Source: Nitrospina sp. (GTDB lineage: Bacteria > Nitrospinota > Nitrospinia > Nitrospinales > VA-1). Taken from it: DNA of 64,000 nucleotides. The notes below the pieces were generated by a model. That model had not been told where the DNA came from and did no database searches. It saw only the letters and a program-made list of their open reading frames with translations. The position numbers and the translations under genes are program-made. The stretch spans positions 123,292-187,291 of the forward strand of contig JABHBK010000067.1 in assembly GCA_018673915.1 (NCBI GenBank). Reading direction: 5' to 3'. Shown in pieces: positions 54,618 through 64,000 of this stretch; positions within the stretch are counted from its first letter, which is position 1, and each line of letters begins with the position of its first letter.

Positions 54618-57200
54618 CTATAAACCACTGTCTTTAATTTCGTCCTCAACTCTTTTTATCATCCACTCTTTGATTTCCGCGGCCAGAATTTTTATTTCCT
54701 CGCTACCCTGTGCTCCCGAACAGACCTGGGTAGCCAATTCCGCAAGGCTTAAAGCTTCTCCATTGTCCCCGGATCGTTGACAGGTCAAAGAAAGATTCCA
54801 CAGGGCTTTTGCTTCCATATGTGGATCAGCGTGTTTTTTCCCCAGCGTACGGGAATGTCGAAAACAAATCATGGATTTTTCATAGCCACCTATTTCCAAG
54901 TAGGTGTTGCCAAGATTTTCCAATAAGGAGTACTCAATGGGAAGGACAGCAAATTTTCTTATCTTCGGTAAACCGCGCTCGTACTTTTCAATTGCCGCAG
55001 TGTATTCCTTCAAGCTCCTGTGATAATCGCCCATTTTCTTTAATATTAAACCCTGCCCCCTGTTATCCCCCAGTTTTCTACCGATCTCCAACGCTCCGTC
55101 GAGGCAGTCAAATGCTTTTTTATGCTTGCTTGTTTGCATATAGGTCATGGACAGGTTTTCTAAAATTCCGATTTCTCTTGTTTTGAGATTGTTCTGATGG
55201 GCCAGAGTTTTGCCTTCTTTTAAATAGTTAATGGCAGATTGGTACTTTTTAACCGTGTTACATAAACGCCCGAGATCATCGAGAACTTGAGCCTGAACCT
55301 CTTTATTTCCTAATTTTTGCGCTTTTTCCAATGATAATTTAAAGTTCAATTCAGCCCGGTCAAACACATTCCCCTTAAAACATGCCTGTGCCAGCATATT
55401 CAGTACTTCCATTTCTTTCTTGGCTTTTCCTTCCAGACGAACGAACTCAAGAACTTTACTAAAACACTCAATGGCTCTTTCATAATTACCAGTACTGAGA
55501 CAACACTGGCCTAATAAATCCATTGAAGTTTTTTCATCCCCTACATGACCGAGCTTGTTAGAGAGGCTTTGAGCCTCCTCAAGATATTCAATGGCTTTAT
55601 CATAGTGACCTAATGAGTGAAGTTGCATGCCCAGGGAGAGAAGGTTGTTTTTTTCGGCCTCCACATTTTCTGAGTCTCGGGAAGCTTCGAGAGCGGACTC
55701 ATTCCATTGAATGCATTCCTCAGTGGTATGTCTCATAGGCATTAAAACCCGAGCTTCCTTGCAAAAATCCCCACAAAGTTTAGCGATTTTGGCGTCTTCT
55801 GTACTTTTTTGAGAGGACCATTTTTGCCCAGCCTCAATGTTATACCAATCCAGGTCGAATAAGTTTAGGGCACTTTCTAAAGCATCTTCATCACTGTCAT
55901 AAAGGTCATTAGCATCTTTCAAAACATCAAAATAATAAAAAGCTAGGTTTCTATGAGTTAGAATTTTTTCTGAGGGCCTGACTTCAGTCTTTATAAGTTT
56001 GTGAATTAAATCGTGGAAGAAGTATCTTTTATTAATGCCATCGTACTCCAGAAGTTTTAGGGCGACCAAGCGTCCTAGATGGTCACCATCCCGGTCTCCA
56101 CAAATACCTGCCGCGGCTTTATCATCAAAAGACCCGGAAAATAGTGCCAGCTTTCGGAATACAGTAGCGGTTTCCTTTCTCATGTCCCTGAAAACAATAT
56201 TAAAAATTGGATCCACGTTTCGATCTATGGTTTCTTTTTTATTTTTGTCCTCCTCTAAATCAACATCGCCTTCTGGTTTTAAAAGCCGTCTCTCTTCACG
56301 GAGTTCACGAATCAAAGTCTCCACCGATAGATCAGGATTAGCTTTTATATAAGACCCGGTAAGCGCTATAGCCATTGGAGAGTATCCGCATAGCTCAATG
56401 ATCTCAGTTGCCCACCGCTTTGTGTTTGATGCCAGAAAGAAAAGAAGAAGCTCTGCCTCATCCGGAAATAATTCTTTAACCGGTTTGGAATAAGATCCTG
56501 GAATAGAAATTTTATTTTCCGATGTAAAAATAAGCAAAACCGATTTACCCGCCATGAGGCGCTTAATCTGGCTCGGTTTTGTTGCATTTTCAATCAGCAT
56601 TAACACCCTTTTACCTTTTAAGGTTGCCTCATACTGTTGCACCAGCTCAGCGGTGTCACTGGGAATTGGCTCTTTGGGGAAAAATGCACGCAGGACTTGA
56701 CCCATTGCTTTATTCACATGCATGGGCTTGTCTCCCACACCTTTTAAATCAATATAAAATTGGGCATCCGGGTATTTGGGAGCCAATTGATGAGCAAGTT
56801 CAATAGCCAGAGAAGTCTTACCAGCGCCTTTTTCTCCATACAGACATATTGGGCCACCACTTTCCCAGCTTCGGCCCATAACTTCCAATATGGCATCCTT
56901 TCTACCAAAAAATGCGGGAGTTTTATTGGGGAGTTGATTTTTTGATAATGCCGGAAAGCTGCGGGCATTGATCATTGATAACTGATTGAGCAGGCTACTC
57001 CCTACCCCGCTGGAACCCCCAGATTTAGAGGTTGAACTGGAAGATGTATTAGAACCAGAGTTGGAATCATTTTGGGAAGGGGAATCTTCTCCTGAATTCG
57101 TATCTGAGCCAATATTGTCATTAGAGTCAGGCTTCTTCAAAATGACCACAAAACCTAATATGACCAATATAAGAATAATTAAGACTACAGAAAAATCCAT
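54618..57200 (-). CDS. membrane-anchored STAND NTPase (NB-ARC-like) with C-terminal TPR array
   Basis: N-terminal TM segment (VVLIILILVILGFVVIL) and a Ser/Asn/Gly-rich linker. P-loop GEKGAGKTS, Walker-B-like RVLMLIEN and GLPL-like GYSPMAIALTG. About 400 aa of TPR repeats follow. Confidence 0.75.
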   Translation of the reverse strand: MDFSVVLIILILVILGFVVILKKPDSNDNIGSDTNSGEDSPSQNDSNSGSNTSSSSTSKSGGSSGVGSSLLNQLSMINARSFPALSKNQLPNKTPAFFGRKDAILEVMGRSWESGGPICLYGEKGAGKTSLAIELAHQLAPKYPDAQFYIDLKGVGDKPMHVNKAMGQVLRAFFPKEPIPSDTAELVQQYEATLKGKRVLMLIENATKPSQIKRLMAGKSVLLIFTSENKISIPGSYSKPVKELFPDEAELLLFFLASNTKRWATEIIELCGYSPMAIALTGSYIKANPDLSVETLIRELREERRLLKPEGDVDLEEDKNKKETIDRNVDPIFNIVFRDMRKETATVFRKLALFSGSFDDKAAAGICGDRDGDHLGRLVALKLLEYDGINKRYFFHDLIHKLIKTEVRPSEKILTHRNLAFYYFDVLKDANDLYDSDEDALESALNLFDLDWYNIEAGQKWSSQKSTEDAKIAKLCGDFCKEARVLMPMRHTTEECIQWNESALEASRDSENVEAEKNNLLSLGMQLHSLGHYDKAIEYLEEAQSLSNKLGHVGDEKTSMDLLGQCCLSTGNYERAIECFSKVLEFVRLEGKAKKEMEVLNMLAQACFKGNVFDRAELNFKLSLEKAQKLGNKEVQAQVLDDLGRLCNTVKKYQSAINYLKEGKTLAHQNNLKTREIGILENLSMTYMQTSKHKKAFDCLDGALEIGRKLGDNRGQGLILKKMGDYHRSLKEYTAAIEKYERGLPKIRKFAVLPIEYSLLENLGNTYLEIGGYEKSMICFRHSRTLGKKHADPHMEAKALWNLSLTCQRSGDNGEALSLAELATQVCSGAQGSEEIKILAAEIKEWMIKRVEDEIKDSGL

Positions 57201-57445
57201 TAGATACTCTATAAAATCTTTATTAAGAATTGAAAACTACACGCCATCTCATAAAATTTACGCCAAATACGGGGCATGTTAAATTGTTTCATAAGTATAC
57301 TATGTAATGATTGGTATTATCCCATTTTTATACGAGAATTCAATGTTTTGTGTCCTCTTTCTGGATCCTACCCCTCGTTTGCGGGATGTCAAAATGATGC
57401 ATAGTGAAAGTATTATCTATTCTAGATAAAAACTTAGTATCTGGC

Positions 57446-57475
57446 TTGACTTACCCTTTAAAATTAAAGTATAGT
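57446..57475 (+). promoter_or_regulatory. sigma70-type promoter candidate of the pyr operon
   Basis: TTGACT (57446-57451), an 18-nt spacer, then TATAGT (57470-57475). Confidence 0.5.
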
Positions 57476-57496
57476 TCTAGAAATATAACTCTTTAA

Positions 57497-57524
57497 AGTA
57501 GTCCTGTGAGGCTATCAAGGGGAA
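57497..57524 (+). promoter_or_regulatory. PyrR-binding loop (anti-antiterminator) of the pyr leader
   Basis: AGUCCUGUGAGGCUA closely matches the PyrR binding-loop consensus ARUCCAGAGAGGCU. It is flanked by pairing segments CUUUAAAGUAG and CUAUCAAGGGG. Confidence 0.65.
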
Positions 57525-57554
57525 ATCATGTTAGTTTTAAAAAATAATTTATTA

Positions 57555-57597
57555 CCTCCTGTTTAGGCCTGCAAACGCCTTTTGGAGGTTTTTTTTT
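57555..57597 (+). terminator. pyr leader attenuator (intrinsic terminator)
   Basis: CCTCC (57555-57559) pairs with GGAGG (57584-57588), with inner AGGC/GCCT pairing. A run of 9 T (57589-57597) follows, 12 nt before the pyrR ATG. Confidence 0.7.
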
Positions 57598-57609
57598 GCC
57601 TAATTCATC

Positions 57610-58146
57610 ATGAACTCACCACTTTTAAACTCAAAAGACATATCTCGGGCAGTCAGCCGCATTTCTCATGAAATTTTGGAACGCAATCATGGTGCCGGGA
57701 ATATAGCTCTAGTGGGAATCCGGACACGAGGCGTCGTTCTATCTCAAAGGCTGAGAGATAAAATTAAGGAAATAGAAAGTGTGACGGTAGATCATGGCGT
57801 ACTGGATATAACACTTTACAGAGATGACCTGGCGGACGGAATTCACAAACCAGAATTAAAAAAAACAGAGATAGCTTTCGCTTTGGAAGGTAAACATATT
57901 ATTCTCTGTGACGATGTTTTATTTACAGGGAGAACTATTCGTGCTGCGATTGATGCGCTCATGGATTTTGGACGTCCCGCATCCGTCCAATTAGCAGTAT
58001 TGATCGACCGAGGCCATCGTGAATTACCTATCCGGCCGGATTATGTCGGGAAAAATATTCCCACCGCTAAATCTAAACGCGTTCATGTTTTGTTGTCGGA
58101 GGAGGATGGTGAAGACAAGGTAATAATTCAGGAGTCGTCTAACTGA
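57610..58146 (+). CDS. pyrR: bifunctional pyr operon regulator / uracil phosphoribosyltransferase PyrR
   Basis: RISHEILERN..., the PRPP motif IILCDDVLFTGRTIRAA, and PDYVGKN. Confidence 0.92.
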   Translation: MNSPLLNSKDISRAVSRISHEILERNHGAGNIALVGIRTRGVVLSQRLRDKIKEIESVTVDHGVLDITLYRDDLADGIHKPELKKTEIAFALEGKHIILCDDVLFTGRTIRAAIDALMDFGRPASVQLAVLIDRGHRELPIRPDYVGKNIPTAKSKRVHVLLSEEDGEDKVIIQESSN

Positions 58147-59081
58147 TGCCACTGTCGACCAAAAGTATTCTGGGTATGAAGGAATTAACAAAACAGGATA
58201 TTCAACAAATTCTGGATACCGCTGATTCCCTTAAAGAAATATCTACGCGAGATATTAAAAAAGTTCCCACCCTTAGAGGCAAAACAATCATTAACCTTTT
58301 TTTTGAACCCAGTACTCGCACTAGAACATCATTTGAAATAGCGGGAAAACGTATGAGTGCTGATGTGATAAATATATCCGGTTCTACGAGTAGTACTGCA
58401 AAAGGGGAGAACTTAATTGATACCGCCCGCAATTTAGAAGCCATGAACCCAGATATATTAGTGGTTCGACACCATTGCTCTGGGGCTCCTGAACTTCTGG
58501 CTCAACATGTGAGCAGTCCAATTATCAATGCTGGAGATGGATCGCACGAACATCCCAGCCAGGCATTGTTGGATCTGCTGACAATTCGCGACCACAAAGG
58601 ATATTTAGAAGGACTCACAGTTACAATCGTGGGTGACATCAATCATAGTAGAGTGGCCCGTTCAAACATTAGGGCGATGCAAACCATGGGAATGAAAGTT
58701 CGAGTTGTCGGCCCTCCCACACTTATTCCCGTTGGAATAGAACGTTTAGGTGTAGAGGTCAGTCACAACCTTGCTGAAGGAATTAAAGATGCTGATGTGA
58801 TTATGGTCCTTCGTATCCAGTTGGAGAGGCAAAAGGAAGGGCTTCTATCAAGTCTGCGAGAATATTCAAATTATTTTTGCCTTACTTCAGAGACTTTAAC
58901 TCAAGCACGAGATGATGTTCTCATCATTCATCCAGGGCCCGTAAACAGAGGTGTTGAAATTGCCCTAGATGTTATGGAAAGTCCTCGCTCTCTTATATTG
59001 AATCAGGTTACCAACGGAGTTGCCATCAGGATGGCTCTTTTTTATTTATTACTTGGGGAGAATCATGCAAACCCTAATTAA
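58146..59081 (+). CDS. pyrB: aspartate carbamoyltransferase catalytic subunit
   Basis: FFEPSTRTRTSFE, HPSQALLD and HPGP motifs. Its ATG overlaps the pyrR TGA (TGATG). Confidence 0.95.
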   Translation: MPLSTKSILGMKELTKQDIQQILDTADSLKEISTRDIKKVPTLRGKTIINLFFEPSTRTRTSFEIAGKRMSADVINISGSTSSTAKGENLIDTARNLEAMNPDILVVRHHCSGAPELLAQHVSSPIINAGDGSHEHPSQALLDLLTIRDHKGYLEGLTVTIVGDINHSRVARSNIRAMQTMGMKVRVVGPPTLIPVGIERLGVEVSHNLAEGIKDADVIMVLRIQLERQKEGLLSSLREYSNYFCLTSETLTQARDDVLIIHPGPVNRGVEIALDVMESPRSLILNQVTNGVAIRMALFYLLLGENHANPN

Positions 59082-60360
59082 AAATGGTCAAGTTATTGAC
59101 CCTGCTAATCAAGTCGATGGCTCTTTTGATATCCTGATCTCTAACGGGAAGATAGAAGCCATTGAGCCTCAGGGGAAAATATCTGGTAGTAAAATTAAAA
59201 ATCTTCCGGTTATAGATGCGAAGGATTGCGTTGTGGCGCCTGGTTTTTGTGATATGCATGTGCATTTCAGGGAACCAGGCCATGAGTATAAAGAGACTAT
59301 AGAAACCGGCAGTGCTTCCGCAGCGGCCGGCGGATTTTCCACCGTGGCAGTCATGCCAAACACCTCGCCGGTCAATGATAATCGCTCGGTTACAGAATTG
59401 ATTTTCTCACAAGCAAAAAAAACCAGCTTAGTAAATATTTTCCCCATTGGAGCTATCAGCAAAGGCTTAAAAGGTGAAACTTTATCAGATATGGGTGAAT
59501 TAAAAGAAGCGGGTTGTATCGGTTATTCCGATGATGGAAAACCCGTTATGGATAGTGAGTTGATGCGAAGAGCATTTGAATACAGCCGAATGTTTGACCT
59601 GCCATGCATTCAGCATAGCGAAATTCTAGATCTAACCCGTGACGGTTGCATGAATGAAGGCCTCGTCTCTACAGAACTGGGCTTAAAGGGAATGCCTGTC
59701 GAAGCAGAAGATATTATGGTTTTCAGAGATATCTGTTTGCTGCAAAAAACGGGTGGGCGTCTTCATGTGGCGCATATAAGTAGTGGCGGAGCTGTAGAAC
59801 TGGTTCGTCAAGCCAAAGCTAAAGGTCTACCTGTAACTTGCGAAGTGGCCCCGCATCATTTTACTCTTACGGAAGAAGCCTGTCGAAAATATGATACGAA
59901 TTCTAAGATGAGTCCTCCCCTGAGAACTCATGAAGATTTGGAATTGATCAAAGAAGGATTGAGGGATGGAACAATTGATATCATTGCTACGGACCATGCT
60001 CCTCATGATCTTGCCGACAAACAGGTTGAATTCAGCAAGGCCTGCTTTGGAATTGTTGGCCTGGAAACAGCACTCCCCTTAACTCTAAAAATGGTAGATG
60101 AAAAGGTCATTACTTTGCAAAAAGCGGTGGATCTTCTCACTCATCAACCCTGTCGCATCTTCAATTTGGATAAAGGCACTCTGGGAGTTGGTAAAGATGC
60201 GGATATTGTTATATTTAATCCTAAAACGAAATACACAATAGAGCCTGAAAAATTTAAGTCACGTAGTAAAAATTCTCCTTACAAAGGTTGGAAAGTCAGA
60301 GGAAAAATTCTCCATACCCTGGTAGCTGGAAAGACCGTATATTCCTCCTATAACGAATAA
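59065..60360 (+). CDS. pyrC: dihydroorotase
   Basis: [15 protein letters not shown] and IATDHAPH motifs. Start moved to the ATG at 59065 ([13 protein letters not shown]), preceded by GGGGAG. Confidence 0.92.
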   Translation: MQTLIKNGQVIDPANQVDGSFDILISNGKIEAIEPQGKISGSKIKNLPVIDAKDCVVAPGFCDMHVHFREPGHEYKETIETGSASAAAGGFSTVAVMPNTSPVNDNRSVTELIFSQAKKTSLVNIFPIGAISKGLKGETLSDMGELKEAGCIGYSDDGKPVMDSELMRRAFEYSRMFDLPCIQHSEILDLTRDGCMNEGLVSTELGLKGMPVEAEDIMVFRDICLLQKTGGRLHVAHISSGGAVELVRQAKAKGLPVTCEVAPHHFTLTEEACRKYDTNSKMSPPLRTHEDLELIKEGLRDGTIDIIATDHAPHDLADKQVEFSKACFGIVGLETALPLTLKMVDEKVITLQKAVDLLTHQPCRIFNLDKGTLGVGKDADIVIFNPKTKYTIEPEKFKSRSKNSPYKGWKVRGKILHTLVAGKTVYSSYNE

Positions 60361-60383
60361 CCACGTACCAATCGTTTAAATTT

Positions 60384-61508
60384 ATGAAAGCATATTTAGC
60401 TCTGTCCGATGGGAAAGTCTTTGAGGGCGATCACTTTGGGGCCGAAGGTGAAGTCGATGCAGAAATTGTTTTTAATACCAGTATGTCTGGTTATCAGGAA
60501 GTGATTACAGACCCCTCCTATTGTGGACAAATGGTGCTAATGACGTATCCTCTTATAGGTAACTATGGAATTAATCCGCAAGATTTTGAGTCTGACCGCC
60601 CTCACCTTTCCGGCTTCATCATAAAAGAATTAAGTGGCATTTCCAGTAATTGGCGATCAAGAGGGACACTGGAAGATTTTTTAAAAAAGTATGGGATCAT
60701 TGGAATTCAAGGAGTAGATACCAGAGCCTTGACTCGTCATATTCGAGAGAAGGGTGCTCAACAGGCCGTTTTGTCCACAATGACCAAGGATCACGGCGAA
60801 TTGATTCGTAAAGCACAAAATTCTTCTGGCCTTGAAGGGAGAGATCTTGTAAAAAATGTCACTTGCCAACTCCCCTATGACTGGGATGAAGGTGAATGGG
60901 AGATTAGGAATGGAGAAACAAATCTTAAATCCGCTGTAGACAAAAAGTATTTCGTTGTAGCCTATGACTTTGGAGTTAAAAGAAATATATTGAGGATGCT
61001 TGCAGGTGCCGGTTGCAGTGTTCGGGTTGTTCCCGCATCCACTCCGGCCGAAGAAGTTCTTGCCCTCAATCCGGATGGAGTGTTCTTATCGAATGGCCCT
61101 GGCGATCCAGAGGGTGTTCCATACGCAATCAAAAACATTAAATTACTTTTGGGCAAAGTCCCCATTTTCGGTATTTGTCTAGGCCATCAACTGCTAAATT
61201 TGGCTTTAAATGGGAAAACCTTTAAGCTTAGATTTGGACATCATGGTGGAAATCAACCCGTAATGGATATCCCCACAGGCAAAGTTGAAATCACGTCTCA
61301 AAATCATGGTTTTGCTGTCGATCAGAATTCGGTAGGGTCCTCCATAAATGTGACATCCATAAATTTAAATGATCAAACAGTTGAAGGGATCTCCCATAAA
61401 GACTGGCCGATTTATTCAGTGCAATATCATCCTGAAGCATCACCCGGCCCTCATGATTCCAGTCACCTCTTCCATCATTTCACAAGCCTTATGAAAGCAG
61501 GAGTTTGA
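60384..61508 (+). CDS. carA: carbamoyl-phosphate synthase small (glutaminase) subunit
   Basis: [11 protein letters not shown] start, the GATase triad context GICLGHQLL, and HGFAV...[11 protein letters not shown]. Confidence 0.95.
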   Translation: MKAYLALSDGKVFEGDHFGAEGEVDAEIVFNTSMSGYQEVITDPSYCGQMVLMTYPLIGNYGINPQDFESDRPHLSGFIIKELSGISSNWRSRGTLEDFLKKYGIIGIQGVDTRALTRHIREKGAQQAVLSTMTKDHGELIRKAQNSSGLEGRDLVKNVTCQLPYDWDEGEWEIRNGETNLKSAVDKKYFVVAYDFGVKRNILRMLAGAGCSVRVVPASTPAEEVLALNPDGVFLSNGPGDPEGVPYAIKNIKLLLGKVPIFGICLGHQLLNLALNGKTFKLRFGHHGGNQPVMDIPTGKVEITSQNHGFAVDQNSVGSSINVTSINLNDQTVEGISHKDWPIYSVQYHPEASPGPHDSSHLFHHFTSLMKAGV

Positions 61509-62383
61509 TGCTCAAGGATTCATTAGATTTACTCTTTGAGTATGTTGCCAAGCATATTCCTTCGGAGCAAATTATGCTGGCAAAGAAGGAATATCAAAAG
61601 ACTACTGGTGATATCTATGAGGATGACAAATCTTACAATACAAGAATGGCTCTGTTTTTAGAATGGTATCTGTTAGACCAATATGAACCGGGTTCTCAGC
61701 AAACGATTCTGGAAAACATTATTGAAGAAAACCCATCGGCTTGGACTCAAGATAGTCTGGATGCCTATAAGGACATTTCCAATAATACTTTGGGCATATT
61801 CGAAATCAGGAAAGTTAGAGACAATTCGGTAACAGTGCTGGATTTATTCACGGACGAAAAATATCTGATTGAAGAGCAGGATTCAAAACTCGCATTCAGA
61901 AAGAATGACCTTTTTCAGGGGCGTATTTTCCCACACCTCGGGAAATATTATTTTTCTGGGTACTTTTGCTTTCATCCCAAAAAAACGCATCGGTATATAC
62001 AAAGTAAAACAAAAGTTTTCTATTTAATTCAAAGAGCATGGAAAAAAGAACTTTATAGGCTTGAAAAATTTTTATTGAAAACCCAAAAATCATATCTAAA
62101 GAATTCAAAGTCGATAGAAAAAATTAAAACCAAAATTGGAAACACAGACATAAGCGCAAAATTGGAACATTTGAACACAAAACTTTTAGACTTAGTTGAG
62201 CTTAAAACCGGAATTGAAACCAGCCTTCAACTTACTGAAAAAGAAATCAGCAGTTTACAACTTGAAAAAATAAAAATAGAAGGTCGAGGGCTAACTTCTG
62301 AAGTGATTAACAAGCTAGCCTATATGAATTTAAAGTGGGAACGTTCAAGACAGATTGACATAGAAGATATTTACAAAGACTAA
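61508..62383 (+). CDS. hypothetical protein (291 aa) with coiled-coil C-terminal half, embedded between carA and carB
   Basis: Its ATG at 61508 overlaps the carA TGA (TGATG). Its TAA at 62381-62383 overlaps the carB ATG (TAATG). No recognisable domain. The C-terminal part is K/E/L-rich with a heptad-like pattern. Confidence 0.6.
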   Translation: MLKDSLDLLFEYVAKHIPSEQIMLAKKEYQKTTGDIYEDDKSYNTRMALFLEWYLLDQYEPGSQQTILENIIEENPSAWTQDSLDAYKDISNNTLGIFEIRKVRDNSVTVLDLFTDEKYLIEEQDSKLAFRKNDLFQGRIFPHLGKYYFSGYFCFHPKKTHRYIQSKTKVFYLIQRAWKKELYRLEKFLLKTQKSYLKNSKSIEKIKTKIGNTDISAKLEHLNTKLLDLVELKTGIETSLQLTEKEISSLQLEKIKIEGRGLTSEVINKLAYMNLKWERSRQIDIEDIYKD

Positions 62384-64000
62384 TGCCAAAAAGAACCGAC
62401 ATAAAGAAGATTCTACTTATTGGATCCGGCCCCATCATTATAGGGCAAGCTTGTGAGTTTGACTATTCAGGGACTCAGGCCTGCAAATCCCTAAAGGAAG
62501 AAGGCTATGAAATCATTCTTGTAAATAGTAATCCTGCGACCATCATGACCGATCCTGAGTTTGCCAATCGCACTTATATAGAGCCTGTAACGCCTGAAGT
62601 CGTTGAAAAAATTATTGCGCGTGACAGGCCTGATGCTTTACTTCCAACTATGGGTGGGCAAACTGCATTAAATACTGCACTAGCCCTTGCTGAACGAGGA
62701 GTTCTGGAAAAATTCAATGTTGAACTGATAGGCGCAAATGTAAAAGCTATCAACAAAGCTGAGGACCGGAACCTTTTCAAGGAAGCTATGTCTCGAATCG
62801 GCCAGAAGGTTCCTCCCAGTGGTAATGCTGAGTCTTTAGCGGAGGCCTGGGAAGTTGTTAAAGAAACTGGCTTTCCTGCCATTATTCGTCCTTCATTTAC
62901 ATTAGGAGGCACAGGAGGAAGTGTCGCCTACTCAAAAGATGACTTTGAAACACTAGTTGAATTCGCCCTAAAAGCTAGCCCTGTCACTCAGGTATTGATC
63001 GAAAAGTCTCTGATAGGTTGGAAAGAGTATGAGTTGGAAGTAATGCGGGATTTGAAAGACAATGTGGTGATTATCTGTTCAATTGAAAATCTGGATCCGA
63101 TGGGCATTCATACCGGAGATAGCATAACGGTCGCTCCTGCCCAAACCCTTACCGATAAAGAATATCAAATTATGCGCAACGCCGCCATCGACATCATTCG
63201 TGAGATTGGTGTTGCAACGGGGGGTTCTAATATTCAGTTTGCTGTCGATCCAAAAACGGGTGAGATGATTGTCATTGAAATGAATCCTCGGGTATCCCGA
63301 AGTTCTGCGTTGGCATCTAAAGCCACGGGTTTTCCCATAGCCAAATTTGCAGCAAAATTAGCGGTTGGATATTCCCTTGATGAAATCAGGAATGATATAA
63401 CCCGTGTGACCCCTGCCTCATTTGAACCAACACTGGATTACTGTGTCGTTAAAATTCCTCGATTTACTTTTGAGAAATTTACTAAAACGGAACCGATCTT
63501 ATCCACACAAATGAAATCAGTGGGCGAAGTAATGTCTATTGGTCGAACCTTCAAAGAGGCTTTGCTAAAATCCATTCGATCCATGGAGACGGGGATTAAT
63601 CATTTTGAGGAAGATTTCAGGTTTAGCTTGAACCAGGTTGGATTGTCTCCAGAACAGCAAAAGGAAAAACTTTTAGCCGCATTGAGCCTGCCTTTTTCAG
63701 ATCGGTTATGGCATGTTGCTGCTGCACTGAGAAGAGGTATTACCATTGACCAGGTTTACCAAATCACTGGTATTGATCCATGGTTTCTCGATAATATCAA
63801 CGCCTTAATTATTTTCGAACAAAAGATTTTGCAATTAAATGGAGTTTCAAATTTGGACGATGAAACTCTAATAACCGCTAAAAAATTAGGGTTTTCTGAT
63901 ATCTACTTGGCAGAACTTTTAAATTGCGATGAAAAAGATATTTTTCAGCGAAGAAATCAGTCAAAAATTTTTCCTGTTTTTAAAAGAGTCGATACCTGTG
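62383..64000 (+). CDS. carB: carbamoyl-phosphate synthase large subunit (5' partial, continues beyond the window)
   Basis: Hand translation from ATG 62383 gives [60 protein letters not shown]... The frame stays open to the window end, which is why the ORF track lacks it. Confidence 0.95.
   Translation, partial: MPKRTDIKKILLIGSGPIIIGQACEFDYSGTQACKSLKEEGYEIILVNSNPATIMTDPEFANRTYIEPVTPEVVEKIIARDRPDALLPTMGGQTALNTALALAERGVLEKFNVELIGANVKAINKAEDRNLFKEAMSRIGQKVPPSGNAESLAEAWEVVKETGFPAIIRPSFTLGGTGGSVAYSKDDFETLVEFALKASPVTQVLIEKSLIGWKEYELEVMRDLKDNVVIICSIENLDPMGIHTGDSITVAPAQTLTDKEYQIMRNAAIDIIREIGVATGGSNIQFAVDPKTGEMIVIEMNPRVSRSSALASKATGFPIAKFAAKLAVGYSLDEIRNDITRVTPASFEPTLDYCVVKIPRFTFEKFTKTEPILSTQMKSVGEVMSIGRTFKEALLKSIRSMETGINHFEEDFRFSLNQVGLSPEQQKEKLLAALSLPFSDRLWHVAAALRRGITIDQVYQITGIDPWFLDNINALIIFEQKILQLNGVSNLDDETLITAKKLGFSDIYLAELLNCDEKDIFQRRNQSKIFPVFKRVDTC

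Noticed and set aside
62574-62912. ORF 62574..62912 (-, 112 aa), the only track ORF in the last 1.6 kb
   Set aside because: It is antisense to carB. The carB frame, from ATG 62383, is open to the window end and so was not reported by the ORF finder.
1-64000. Search for mobile elements, prophage genes, CRISPR arrays and rRNA
   Set aside because: None was recognised. There are no integrase, transposase, terminase, capsid or Cas-like products among the translated ORFs, and no short direct-repeat arrays in the intergenic regions.

Overview
AT-rich bacterial chromosomal segment with about 68 protein-coding genes and one tRNA. I saw no rRNA, CRISPR array, integrase, transposase or prophage hallmarks. 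All domain and family names come from reading the supplied translations and recognising motifs from memory; no database search was run.

The backbone is housekeeping:
- tatC
- rpiB-glyA-nrdR
- a ccsA/hemX-like gene followed by hemA-hemC
- a Glu/Leu/Phe/Val dehydrogenase and nadC
- fliC-flgM, copZ, htrA, ubiE and asnB
- a split transketolase
- a tolC-macA-macB-type efflux operon
- pabB-pabC
- a biotin cluster (bioF, an esterase-like hydrolase, bioC)
- a PyrR-attenuated pyrR-pyrB-pyrC-carA-X-carB operon; carB runs off the 3' end of the window and is missing from the ORF track

The taxon cannot be assigned from the sequence alone. The gene content suggests a motile, free-living Gram-negative bacterium.

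Candidates for undescribed biology, most interesting first:
1. A sensory and regulatory island at 5.3-9.9 kb. Two inverted HTH-only LuxR/GerE-like paralogs bracket a soluble chemoreceptor with three Aer2-like (putative heme) PAS domains and a Cys-rich ORF. A PAS-LuxR regulator and a nested palindromic operator sit beside them.
2. A cytoplasmic histidine kinase, translationally coupled inside the biotin operon, whose N-terminal domain looks like a catalytically dead DUF429-like domain followed by GAF.
3. A 291-aa coiled-coil protein of unknown function wedged between carA and carB by overlapping stop and start codons.
4. A three-gene operon encoding a blue-copper (amicyanin-like) protein, its ligand-less lipoprotein paralog, and a HAMP class III nucleotide cyclase.
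5. A DUF1538-DUF1538-PII-like-CBS operon.
6. A membrane-tethered NB-ARC/TPR STAND ATPase.
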